Shown: one piece after another, positions 51,660-63,594 of the stretch | Layout of the letters: each line of letters begins with the position of its first letter | Position numbering within the stretch: the first letter of the stretch is position 1 | Source of the DNA: Octopus sinensis | Taxonomy: Eukaryota | Assembly: GCF_006345805.1 (NCBI RefSeq) | Contig: NC_043010.1 | Location: 6,820,001 to 6,884,000, forward strand | Length of the DNA: 64,000 nucleotides | Direction of reading: 5' to 3' | Notes under the pieces: model-generated | Databases searched by the model: none | The model's input: the letters and a program-made list of their open reading frames with translations, nothing else | What the model was told of the DNA's origin: nothing | Made by a program: the position numbers and the translations under genes

Positions 51660-52140
51660 ATAATAAGAGATTAAGCCTAAGTGACTTAATTAGCAGGGGA
51701 GGATGATGTTTTGAAAGTTCAGTCGCCGGAGTAGGAAGAAACTGGAAAAAGTTCAAAGAGCTATTACCTCTGTTAGTAATGAAAGGTTTCTCTATTGGAC
51801 TGAAAGACAGATTGTATGATGCTTGTGCACAAATGGCAATGTTACATGGTAGCGAGAAATGCTGCTCTGCATGCAATGGACTTTTAAAGACTAGAAGAAA
51901 TGAACCAAGGATATTCTATTGGATATTCAATATCAGTGTGCATGAATGACAAAGTATGTATTAGAGAAAAACTGGGCTTACGAAGATTCAGTTTTAGTGT
52001 ACAAGAGAGAAGACTGTGATTTGTATGAATGAAAGCTGCTGTATAAAGAATTGCTTATTACAAACTGTGGATGCAACTTGTGGAAGAGAGCGACTCAGGA
52101 AGACATGAGATAAAGTACTGATCTCAAGACATTGAGCTCA
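51660..52140 (+). mobile_element. RTE-clade LINE ORF fragment
   Basis: RVGRNWKKFKELLPLLVMKGFSIGLKDRLYDACAQMAMLHGSE..GRERLRKT* matches RTE post-RT motifs (LYGSETW, GRPRK.W). Confidence 0.8.
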
Positions 52141-52262
52141 TCAGAAATATAATCATACTGTAATTTAATACACTTTACTTCTTCAACTTTTCATTTCACA
52201 TCCACTTTTACATCAATAGAAATAAGACAACAATTCTTTGCTCTCACAAAACAGTTCTTTCT

Positions 52263-52477
52263 GGTGGCGAGCTGGCAAAATGCTTAGCGGTATTTCGTCT
52301 GCGTTACGTTGTGAGTTCGAATTCCGCCGAGGTCGACTTTGCCTTTCATCCCTTCGGGGTCGATAAATTAAGTACCAGTTACGCACTGGGGTCGATGTAA
52401 TCGACTTAATACCTATGTCTGTCCTTGTTTGTCCCCTGTGTGTTTAGCCCCTTGTGGGTAGTAAAGAAATAGGTATT
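52263..52477 (+). mobile_element. Family C SINE, single-unit form of the 10912 element
   Basis: ggcgagctggca..gtcgactttgcctttcatcc..agccccttgtgggtagtaaagaaataggtatt. Confidence 0.9.
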
Positions 52478-52913
52478 TTTTTACAGTTCATTTGTTGTGG
52501 GTGATTGTTAATGACCACAGCTGGATTTACCAACAGTTCAAGATGTCTGGTAAGAAGTTATTACGTGGTACTGAAGGTAGTGGTGTGAAAAGGAACCATA
52601 AAAGGATTAGGCTGAATATTAAACTTGATACTTTAAAAAGGTTTGATGCAGGAGAAAAAAAAATCAGCCACATTGCAACGCCTGCTTGTGGAACATCATC
52701 ATCATCATCATCATCATCGTTTAGCAATATTCAACAATATTCAACAATAGAGTGGAAATTAAGTAAAGTGCTCAAGAAGTTACTCTGCTAACTTCTTGGA
52801 CTTCAATTTTTCATATATATATGATGCTGAAAATAGGTTAGCTCTTTATTAAGGATCAGATTTGATATATTGTGGCAATAAGCGCTAATTAAAACACCAA
52901 ACTTTGTATAATG

Positions 52914-53315
52914 TTGTTATATTTTGGGATGGTCATTTCTTTTCTTTCTTTTTTTTTTTGCAAATAAACACACACACTTCAGCTTTATTACTGTTCTTAT
53001 TCTTGTATCCTTAGTCTTAAATCTTTCCTCACACATCCTGTGACCTCTTCAGTGACTCTTCATCTCATGTGTCTCCTCTTGTTCTATTTAGTCCATAAGA
53101 ATGGACTCAAGAGGTCACAGGATGTGTGACAAAAGATTTAAGATAAATGTCACAAAAATAAGGACAAGAATAAAGCTAAAGTGAAGAAAAAATATATAAT
53201 GCATATATTTATTTGGCAAAAACAAAACAAATGACTGTCCCGAAAAATAACAATATCTGTTTCAACACACAATTTCATATAAGGAATCTTGCAAAACAAA
53301 TACATAAACGTTAAG
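52914..53315. mobile_element. Fold-back insertion 1 (Penelope-like inverted pLTR) with hammerhead-like core
   Basis: Inverted arms; TSD tttgtat(a/g)atg at 52903-52913 and 53316-53326; tail caatatctgtt..caacacac..atcttgcaaaac shared with insertion 2. Confidence 0.75.
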
Positions 53316-53780
53316 TTTGTATGATGATTATCAGAAAAAGGAAATTTTAATGAAAATTATTTTCTGACTAGCAGTCTGATTTGAATAGCACTTAAATTAC
53401 ATATACAACATAAAAATCACTGGTGAAACTGCTACTGTTTATTCAAAGGTTACAATTAATCATCCTGAGCAGCTGAAGAAATGATTGCTAGAGGGGGGCT
53501 ATACATCAGAACAAGTATACAACATTGATGAAACTGCATTTTCAGTGAAGCTTGTTAGAACTTTTATTCTTTGAGTATAAAATTCAACATCCATATTTGA
53601 AGTATCCAAAAATTATCTGACAATTCTATGTCGAAATGCAGCATATAATAGAAAATTAAAGCCCTTTCTTGTGTATCTCTCTAAAAATCCGAGGGCTTTA
53701 AAGGGTTACACAAAGTTCAAGTTGCCTCTGATTTGGTGTTCACATAAGAAGGTATGGATAACTAAGAGTCTTCCCAGAAA

Positions 53781-54121
53781 GTGGTTCCGGGTTCAGTCCC
53801 ACTGCGTGGCATCATGGGCAAGTGTCTTCTGCTATAGCCCCGGGCCGACCAATGCCTTGTGAGTGGATTTGGTAGACGGAAACTGAAAGAAGCCTGTCGT
53901 ATATATGTATGTGCGTGTGTTTGTCCCCCTAGCATTGCTTGACAACCGATGCTGGTGTGTTTATGTGTCCATCACTTAGCAGTTCGGCAAAAAGAGACTG
54001 ATAGAATAAGTACTGGGCTTACAAAGAATAAGTCCCGGAGTCGATTTGCTCGACTAAAGGCAGTGCTCCAGCATGGCCGCAGTCAAATGACTGAAACAAG
54101 TAAAAGAGTAAAAGAGTAAAA
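53781..54121 (+). mobile_element. Family A SINE inside the Tigger fossil
   Basis: tggttccgggttcagtccc...gtaaaagagtaaaa. Confidence 0.92.
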
Positions 54122-54228
54122 GTGTACTGTAGAAAGATATAGTACCAGACAAAATATTCCTAACAAAACATTGCTAGTTTAAGACAAAGGACTAAACCAC
54201 CCAGAGAACTTAAATGTACTTTATGATA

Positions 54229-54657
54229 TTACGTTTTGCAAGATTTTTGATGTGAAATCGTGTGTTGGAACAGATATTGTTGTATTTAGGAATGGTCATT
54301 TTGCCAGTTTAGCCAATAAAAAACACACGCACTATATATTTGGTGTTACTTTGCTTCAGCGTTATTTATTTTTTACATTAATCTTAATCTTATTTCGGCC
54401 AGAGTTCTTTCGTCACACTCCTGTGACCGCATCACTTTCTTCTTTCTTATTTGTTATTTGTGTGTCTCACAAATAAGACAGAAGAAAGCAAAGGACCACT
54501 GATGCGGTCACAGGAGTGTGATGAAAGAACTCTGGCCGAAATAAAATTAAGATTAATGTAAAAAATAAATAACACTGAGGCAAAGTAACACCAAATATAT
54601 AGTGCGTGTGTTTTTTATTGGCTAAACTGGTAAAATGACCATTCTGAAATACAAAAA
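54229..54657. mobile_element. Fold-back insertion 2 (Penelope-like inverted pLTR) with hammerhead-like core
   Basis: ~155-bp arms (54275-54433 and 54500-54659); perfect 12-bp TSD tactttatgata at 54217-54228 and 54658-54669. Confidence 0.85.
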
Positions 54658-55714
54658 TACTTTATGATAATGTTAGAATAAAATTTATCTTTGAGAATAG
54701 AACTGGTTTGCTGCAGCCAATGGATCAAGGCATGATAACTAACTTCAGCATAAGAGATGCTGAGGATAACATAGCTGATGCATGAGTTGAAATATAATCC
54801 TCAACTATAAATAATGCTCGGAAAAACATGTGGCCAGACTGTATCCATGATTATGCAAGTTTTCCATGAGTAGAAAGCCTACATCAAAGTCAAAAAAATA
54901 TTGTGATACTTGCAGATGACGGTGGGTTTGAAAAACTCACTGAGAATAATGTAGTTGAGTTGCTGGTGTCCCATAGATTAAGCTTATCTAATGAGGAGCT
55001 GATGTTCTCAGAATAAGAGCCAACTGGGAATACAGATGAGAGTATGGCAATTCTACCAAGTCCTCTTAAACTGACTACAAAGAACTGAAGGGGTTGTCAC
55101 TTATAGAGAGGAAGGTCTGCAAGTTTTTGCCGATAACAACCTTAATTGTGCGCATCACATAAAAATTACTCGAGGAATTTACAATGAGCTCAGTTCCTAC
55201 ACTGAGCTATACAGATAAAATTATGCTCCATAAACATCAAAGAATTTTGGATAAGTTCTTTGCATCTCAAATAGATGCTGCTGCTGCTGCTGCTAAACTA
55301 TAAGGTCAACGATAGTTTTCCTCCATTCTTCTATTGACTCTCATTCCACCACCAACAACCCTCACTCTGTTGTGGACATTTTTTATGCTAAAAATGTACC
55401 CTATTACTATATTACGATTCTTATTTATTCCCTAACGTATTTCTCTTCAAATGTTTTTTTATGTACACACATTGTACAGTGTATATTTGGAAATTGTTAT
55501 TTTCATGCATAAAGTTGTCATGCCATTATCTTTTTCTTTTTTCTTTTTTTGGTTACTTTATTTTTTTTTTTTACATCAGTAGAATATGCATTATCACTTT
55601 ATAACATGAAAATCAATGGAAAAGTTAATTTTATGTTATGGGATTTCACTTGCAGAAAATTTTTCTGGAGAGCATTATTCCCGTATTGCAGGAGATTCCC
55701 ATTTCCATGAAAAC

Positions 55715-55765
55715 ATACATATATATATATGTATATATATATATACACATATACCAAGCATGATT

Positions 55766-55803
<38 letters not shown>

Positions 55804-55807
55804 CATG

Positions 55808-55881
<74 letters not shown>

Positions 55882-56045
55882 CACTTATATATACATACAT
55901 GAATTTATATATATACACATATATATACATATATATATATATATAATATATACATATATATATATATATAATATATATATATATATGTATATATATATAC
56001 ATATATGTACATACATGATTACATATATATATATATAATATACAT
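55715..56045. repeat. (TA)n-rich microsatellite
   Basis: Directly visible. Confidence 0.95.
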
Positions 56046-57666
56046 ACTTTGATACTTTGATAGGTTTCGGCCATTATTGGCCCAGGCCATGTCTAACTTA
56101 ATAGCACCACCTGGTGAAGTCTTCAAGTCAGAATTTGGGCACTATGGCCCACTCAAGTAGAGAGTTATTGTTTACAGAGACATATCCGGGTGTAGGGGGT
56201 TTATCCGGGATTTCTTGAAGGAATCTGTCCAAAGACTTCTTGAACCCTATAGGGTCAGTTTCTGTTTTATTGTGTTTTGGTGTAATGTTAAAGAGAGCGG
56301 GGCCAATTGAGGTGAAATAATTGTGCCGTATTGTTGTTATGAGATGAGAGTGCGATTTTTTTTTTTGGCGGATGGCACGGGGCCCAACCTTGGATGTACC
56401 TTGAAGGTGATGCCAACAATCATTTGGGCAATGCTGATGGAATATTTTCCACATCATGCAGATGAGTAGCGCTCACGACGACGTTGGAGAGAATAGAGTT
56501 TTAGCTTTTCTAGTCGACCCCATAGTCGAGGCCTGTCATGCCATCTATCTTTTTTGTGATTGCCCTTTGAGGTGCTTCAACTTTTATGATACCTTGTATT
56601 GTGTGGGGAGACCACAGTGGACAACAGTATTCAAGGTGGGGTCGGGCAAAAGTGGAGAAGAGAAGGATAATGGTGTGGATATCTCTCGACTGGAAAGTTC
56701 TGAGAATCCAGGAACACATTCTGCGGGCCATGTCAACTTTGGTGTTTATATGAGTGGCCCAGCTTATGTTGTTGTCCACAATTACTCCCAGTCTCTGATG
56801 TTGTTGGACGCCGCGAGAGTTTCACCTGAAGGAAGGGAGTATGGAGTTTCAGGGCATCCTCTTTTCCAAAGTGGATTAGCTCAAATTTTCCTCGTTCAGC
56901 AGCATATTGTTTTTTTCTGCCCATTGATAACACCAGTAGATCTGACTGAAGGCATGTCCGGTCACTCGCCTCATTATGACCTTCTGTAGCTTGGAGTCAT
57001 CTGCAAAGATTTTTATGTTGCTGTGCTTGATGATGTCATTAATGTCATTAATGTAAATGATGAAAAGAAGTGGGCCCAGCACAGTGCCTTGCGGAACGCC
57101 ACTACTGACTTTGGCTGGGCTTGATTTTACCCCCCTTCAACTACAACATGTTGAGATCTGTCTGTCAGGAAACACTTGATCCATTCATCAGTAACTTTCC
57201 AGAGACACCAATGTTGGATAGTTTTTTCAATAGGATCTTGTGATCGACCCTGTCGAAGGCCTTACTGAAATCAAGGTAGATGACATCGGTGTTGGAGCCC
57301 TCTCCCAAAGCTCTCAAAATGTCCTCAAAGTGATGCAGGAGCTGCGTTAGGCAGTCCCTTCCATTACGGAACCCATGTTGGTTGGAGATCAGCCATCTGT
57401 GCTTTCCAGAAATTGGGTTATTCGAGATCTCACCACCCTCTCAATACCTGATGATATGAGAGTGAGTGAGATTGGACGGTAATTCACTGCAAGGGACTTG
57501 TTTCCCTTTTTGAAAACTGGGACAACAGACTGGGACAGAAGGTTTTTTGGAATATAGCCAGCATCCAGTGAGTTTCTCCACAGATTAGCAAGGGAGATGC
57601 AAGTTGGTGTCGACCAACCTTCAGGACACAAGCAGGGAACCTAATCGGGGCCTACTGCTGAATTGT
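56045..57666 (-). mobile_element. 5'-truncated CR1-clade LINE with RT domain, frameshifted
   Basis: PVFKKGNKSLAVNYRPISLT; YLDFSKAFD; GVPQGTVLGPLLFIIYINDI..FADDSKL; RPHLEYCCPLWSP; FKKSLDRFLQEIPDKP; (ATCAAAGT)2 tail. Confidence 0.95.
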
Positions 57667-57671
57667 GTTTT

Positions 57672-57715
<44 letters not shown>

Positions 57716-58624
57716 ATCATGGTGACAGTGATTACAAAGTTTAGGCCTGCCAACTATATGTACTCTACAAAATGTTATGAATTATCCTTTAGTTTAATAT
57801 TAAATTGTTTTTATTATAACTCAATATAAAAACAATAATATATATGCGTGTGTATGTGTGTGTGCATGTGTGTGTAGCTATCTTTCTCTTTCTTTTTATA
57901 TATATGAATATATATATATATTTGTATACACATTTTCATTTCATGTATATGCATGCGTATGTGTATATATATATATATACACGCACACAGGCATACACAC
58001 ACTCATATATGCACACAAACACATGTGTGTGTGTGTGTGTGTATTTAAATTACTTGTGCATTAACAGTTTGTTTGTTTCAATGTGATACTGAATTATAGA
58101 ATATATCTATAGATTTTAGCCAATGCAACATTGGGGCTAAACACTACGCACAATATATTTGATAAATGAATATTGTGTTGACCAATCCTTCACTTCTAGC
58201 TACTGATGAGTCTGTCACCAGTTCAGATTATATTTTCACATTAAACCTATATATATTTATTTAACATATGCATATGATTTCATATGTATATTTGATTTAA
58301 AACAAAACTACATTGGTTCTTTTGTTGATAAAGCCTGTCTGTCAGACAACATACATTTTTTCATAAGATATTCTCTCATTAAATTTGGTTGCTGAAAGTG
58401 GGGTTAGTGATCTTATGATAAGTCTTGGGACAATGAAACATGTCAGTACTTATAGCTACCAAAGTTTCTGAGACAAGACAAACAATATTTTTATAAAACA
58501 CATATGCTTTTGTAAATTCAGATAGTGTTTTTTACATGCCACCAGTACAGAAGCCAGTCATGGGGCACTTTATTTATCCAAGGACAGTCAATTATTGGGG
58601 GATAGCATTGTATATTGTTTTACC

Positions 58625-58860
58625 ACCAACGCCATGTAACAAAAAAAATTCACCCAGTATATTCTGCATAGTGGTTAGTACTAGGAAGGGCATGCAGCTA
58701 TAGAAGACACGCCTAATCAAAGTTCAGAACTCAATGCAATTCTCTAGCTTGTTGGATCCCGTAAAACCAACTAATCCATACCAGTACGGAAAACAGATGG
58801 TATTATTTCCAGTTAATCAACTATTTCCACTTAGCTTTGAAGTTGATGATGATGATGTTG
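58625..58860 (+). mobile_element. Family D remnant
   Basis: cacccagta..ggtt..taggaagggcat..ccataccagtacggaaaacagatg. Confidence 0.55.
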
Positions 58861-59125
58861 GCGGTGGTGGTAGTGGTGGTGGTGGTGGTGGTGGTGGTGG
58901 TGGTGGTGGTGGTGGTGGTGGTGGTGGTGGTGGTGGTGGTGGTGGTGGTGGTGGTGGTGGTGGTGGTGGTGTGGTGGTGGTGGTGGTGTCAGTGGTGGTG
59001 GTGGTATGGTGGTGGTGATGGTGGTGGTGGTGGTCATCGTCGTCGTCGTCATCGTGTTGGTGGTGGTGGTGGTGGTGATGATGCTGATGATGATGATAAT
59101 GATGATGATGGTGATGATGATCATG
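58845..59125. repeat. (GGT)n/(GAT)n trinucleotide tract
   Basis: Directly visible. Confidence 0.95.
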
Positions 59126-59596
59126 TTGATATACATAAGTTAACCTATTACACCCAGTAATTTAATCAACATTCGTTATCATTGTCGATATTGTTGATGC
59201 TGTTGTCTTTGCCATTCTTGTTGCTGTCACCTTTATCGTCCTCTTCACTGACCCCCCACCACACCCCACCCCACCAACATTTTTATCTATACACAAACTC
59301 TTGGACTAATGAGCTGCTGGGTTACTAGAGATATCTTCTTTCTGACAACCTCTCCACCCCCCCCCCGTATTCTCTTCTAGAAATGTAAACATCTTATATG
59401 AAAGCTTCTTAAATAATTAATGTTTCAACCCCATGTAATAAATGCTCTCTACCTAAGTTAATAATTTTTGCCTTTCATTTTTTGTTTTTTTTATTTATTT
59501 TTCCTTTACCTGTAAAGTTATATATTTTACCTCAGTTAAGAAATATTCTCCAACTCACAGACCTTCATTCTTAAACTTACCACTGCATTTTTCTTA

Positions 59597-59888
59597 GTGG
59601 TTGAGGTGGTGGGTTTGGTGGTGGTGGTGGTGGTGGTGGTGGTGGTGGTGGTGGTGGTGGTAATGGTGGTGTTGGTGGTAAAGGTGGTGGTGGTAGTGGT
59701 GGTGGTTGTGATGGTGGTGGTGGTGGTTGTGGTGGCATTGACAGCAGTGGTGATAGTGGCCAGCATCATCATCATCATCATCATCACCACCATCATCATC
59801 ATCATCGTTGTCATCATCATCATCATCATCATCATCATCACCACCACCATCATCGTCACCACCATCATCATCATCAGCATCATCATCA
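59597..59888. repeat. (GGT)n followed by (CAT)n trinucleotide tract
   Basis: Directly visible. Confidence 0.95.
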
Positions 59889-59996
59889 AAAAAATCTAAC
59901 TCCATCAATAATTGCATATTCTCACATACAAATTTTTTAAGTGTATGAGAAACTATGGAAATTCCTTTTAGATACTAGATATACTTTAAGGTTATG

Positions 59997-60031
<35 letters not shown>

Positions 60032-60777
60032 CATATATATATATATATATATTCAGAAGGCATCACATTGGGATTTTTCATTATGAGTGGAAAAGATCTT
60101 GTGCATTTAATTGGTAGAAGCTTGACAAGATAACTAATAAACAATTTGCGTAGTAAAGAAACTAAACATAAAAAACACCTACAAGTTTTGTGAATATGTT
60201 ATATTACACATTCCTCATTTTTTTTTTATCAATGTATTTACAAATTTTAATACTCTTAAACACAATAAATTTAGATGTGAAAAAGGCAAACATATTTACA
60301 TTTGGGAAGCTCCACTAGAATATTTCTTTCTACTGGTACAAAATCTGAGGGAATGTGTTTTTTAAATTTATATACCTGGTGAAGAAATGAAGAGTTATCT
60401 TGATTCAGAGCAAACATTGAATCAATAAAATTCCAAAATCTGAACCATATGAATAATGGTTCTTTATTTTAAAAAAAGAAAATATTTTTAGGCTAATGTT
60501 TCTTAATTTAGTGTTAGTGTAAGAGACTTGTAAATTATGGCTTTCCAAAAGTGTTCCCAAGATAGTTGAAAAATATTGCAAAGAATAACTGTGAAGGAAA
60601 GGAAGAAGGTTTTACAAATATTTCACTGATAATTAATAAGCTTCTAGCAATTTCTTTGCAAAATTTTAAATAAAACTTTTGAAGAAAACAAGATTTTGAA
60701 ACTCAATTTGTTAGAAATGTAACTGGTGTTTAATGAATAAGGAGTATAGCAAAAATCTTCAAATACCAAAGCAATAG

Positions 60778-61043
60778 TTAGATGTCTGATGCTGTCTTTG
60801 GTAAAGCAGGCAGTGGCTTGCTAAAGGAAGAAAAGCCACATTTTGTTGGTAATGTCTGTGTGAGAATTGTTGTGCTTAGGTTATTAGTTCTAATTAAAGA
60901 CTGTGCATGTAACGAAGTAACATTAGTGCGTCCAGTGGTGTTGAAATTTCCTGTCTGATATGAAGAATTGGTGCCAGAACTAGCACAAACTTGGAACTGA
61001 CTTGTTGAGGCTTCCTGGAAGTCATTTTGGTGAGGATGAAGAC
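60778..61043 (-). CDS. Candidate terminal coding exon (phase 1), Ser/Thr-rich: (G)LHPHQNDFQEASTSQF...KPLPALPKTASDI*
   Basis: Pyrimidine tract ttcttccttgttttcaaag|GT; 87 open codons in unique sequence richer in GC than its flanks; AT-rich UTR-like DNA downstream with AATAAA near 60463. Confidence 0.5.
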
Positions 61044-61479
61044 CTTTGAAAACAAGGAAGAATACAATCAAACATTGACTTTAGTAGTGATTATTAAGAT
61101 AATAAGAGGACAATAAATATATCCAAAATCAAGCTGTATCATAAAGATTTTTTTTTAGTGTTACATCTTCTACACATACACCATGTTGTACACTAGATAT
61201 ATAGTATAGTAAATGTTTAATCAAATGAACATAATAGGACAATATAATAGGACAATATTATAAAGCATAATAATGATAATTGTTTAGCCCTAGTTTACCT
61301 AGAATAACATTATTTTCTTACAGGGATAAGCAGTCAACTTTTATGACTAGGTGTCGTCAAAAGAATCTAAACACATTTCATGACTCTGAGCAAAAAATAA
61401 AGCATAGAGCTGACTCTAATTGGGGTTAAATTCAGAATAAGAAAACTCTGATCTAGGCAAGGAAAAAATCAAGCCTAGT

Positions 61480-61695
61480 CTAATATCTTATATGAGAATT
61501 GTGGTGTTATGAGCCAGGCTATGTTGTAGGGAAGGGCTGGAAGTGAGGGAGTGCGTATGTCCTGTTGAAAGTGGGGCCTGTGGGTCCCATCAGAAGGGAT
61601 GCCGTAGTGGGCATGTGGTGGGGTTGGTGAGGTGCAAGCAGCCAGTCGGTGTTGGACAGCGTTTGGGAGTAGATGTGTCAGATGGTACAGCAGTA
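61480..61695 (-). mobile_element. GC-rich fragment, possibly from an I/Nimb-type LINE
   Basis: ..HMLCLLLYHLTHLL..PSLPALPYNIAWLITPQFSY loosely resembles the post-RT PPW region. Confidence 0.3.
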
Positions 61696-61944
61696 GACAG
61701 AGCATGTGGATGTTGTGAGTGACCCTTCCAGATCGAGACAGAGCATGTGGACATTGTGAGTGACCCTTCCAAATCGAGATAGAGCATGTGGACGTTGTGA
61801 GTGACCCTTCCAGATCGAGACAGAGCATGTGGACGTTGTGAGTGACCCTTTCAAATCAAGATAGAGCATGTGGACGTTGTGAGTGACCCTTCCAGCTCAA
61901 GACAGAGCATGTGGACGTTGTGAGTGACCCTTCCAGATCGACAG
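61696..61944. repeat. 41-bp minisatellite x6
   Basis: Unit gacagagcatgtggacgttgtgagtgacccttccagatcga. Confidence 0.95.
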
Positions 61945-62289
61945 GTAAGACTGCCACAATTCTCTCTTTGCTTCCATCTTTTTCCTTCTTCACATCACAA
62001 GAATGTAAAATAATATTTTGATAAATATGAACTCTATGTGGCAATTTCTAGTTCCATATAATGCTTGGCATAAGTTTTAAGGAATGATGATTCTTTCTTA
62101 GTGTCAATTACAGGAAGATTTAATTAGAGATAATTAGAGAAAAAAAACACTATTACTTATGATTTGTTAAAAGAGATTACATATTAGAAGTAATAGCCAT
62201 ATTACTCCAGTGAATTTAAATTTCAGGTAGGTGTCCTCTGAGATACCTTTTTTATCACTCTCTACTTGGTCTGGAATTGGTCTGGAGGA

Positions 62290-62560
62290 AGGAGCTGTGC
62301 TCATAGTCTTCACATTTCCTCAGAGACTTGAGACAGATGTGGCTTATGTTCCTCTTGAACAGGTACAAGTTGACAGGAAAATCATATGCAGGGAGTGACT
62401 TACACAAGGTGGTGAGAAGGAAGGTGTGTGCATAGTGGTTAGTTTGGTGCCTGGGTTAAAGGGATGGGAACAATACGGGTAAAAGAAGGAGTAAAGACAA
62501 GTAAGCTGTAAGTACCTGTGTGTGGTAGTGATGATGGGTAGGGGCGAGTATTCAGCCAGC
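62290..62560 (-). mobile_element. Degenerate CR1/Jockey-like ORF2 3' end
   Basis: TNHYAHTFLLTT..CKSLPAYDFP.VNLYLFKRNISHICL resembles WNSLP..FP..NL..FK. Confidence 0.55.
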
Positions 62561-62628
62561 TCTACGGAGTTAAGTCACTCTAGTTGCAGTAGAAAAAGGC
62601 AAAGATGAAGCTGTTATAAAATACTGTT

Positions 62629-63038
62629 TACTCTCTTTTACTCTTTTACTTGTTTCAGTCATTTGACTGCGGCCATGCTGGAGCACCGCCTTTAGTCGAG
62701 CAAATCGACCCCGGGACTTATTCTTTGTAAGCCCGGTACTTATTCTATCGGTCTCTTTTGCCGAACCGTTAAGTGACGGGGACGTAAACACACCAGCATC
62801 GGTTGTCAAGCGATGGTGGGGGGACAAACACAGACACACAAACACAGAAACACACACACGCATATATATATACATATATACGACAGGCTTCTTTCAGTTT
62901 CCGTCTACCAAATCCACTCACAAGGCATTGGTTGGCCCGGGACTATAGCAGAAGACACTTGCCCAAGATGCCACGCAGTGGGACTGAACCCGGAACCATG
63001 TGGCTGGTTAGCAAGCTACTTACCACACAGCCACTCCT
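62629..63038 (-). mobile_element. Family A SINE, young copy
   Basis: CpG-rich and near consensus; ctgttta repeated on both flanks. Confidence 0.92.
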
Positions 63039-63594
63039 GTTTATGTACAAATAACTTAAGTTTCATTGAGGAATCAGTTGGAAGACTGACAAAATTGATT
63101 TGAATTATGAAAGGGAAATGGAAAAATTGCTGGACAAATAAGTATGATACATATGTTAGAAAGAGATCAGTATGCACGTGAAAATATTTAGAAAGTGAAG
63201 ACTTTACAACAGCGAAGCAATTTGCGAGAGCTCGATATTTTTAGTACATTATTGGCAATCATTAGAGTATTGGATGGAATATCTTGTGTCAATTGTTCTG
63301 ATTCTTTGCGCACCGAGTTCAAATCCTGCCAAGGTCATCTTTGCCTTTTATCCACTTGGGTCAGTAAAAAAAGTTCCATTCTAGGGAAGTGGATTGAAAA
63401 AAATATCTTGCAGCGTCTGCTCCAGCTTTATGCTTCAGTGCCTGCAATGGTACTAATAAGAGGCTGGATGTGCCCTAAGGTGGTAACCTTTTCCTTAGAC
63501 AACATCAGTAGAGTAGAGAGAGAAGACCCACATGTAAGTCTCCCTTTCCATGGCACTGTTGTTGACCAAAGCCTGTACATACAAAATGCAGATA

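Larger units (their letters stand above)
52543..55283 (+). pseudogene. Tigger/pogo transposase fossil (CENP-B-like HTH plus DDE) disrupted by three insertions
   Basis: MSGKK..KRNHKRIRLNIKLDTLKRFDAGEK; SLYDDYQK; EQVYNIDETA; SKNPRALKG..LIWCSHKKVWIT; LLQPMDQG; ILDKFF; many stops and frameshifts. Confidence 0.85.

Noticed and set aside
59576-59900. GTAAGT donor after a trinucleotide-rich open frame (minus strand)
   Set aside because: No credible acceptor; the openness is explained by the repeats.
30800-59917. YI-, CV-, HT-, polyH/D/T-rich ORFs
   Set aside because: They are translations of di- and trinucleotide microsatellites.
1322-63103. Recurrent short ORFs such as MLGGQTQTHKH.. and MSSNARGTNT..
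   Set aside because: They are antisense translations of the family A SINE.
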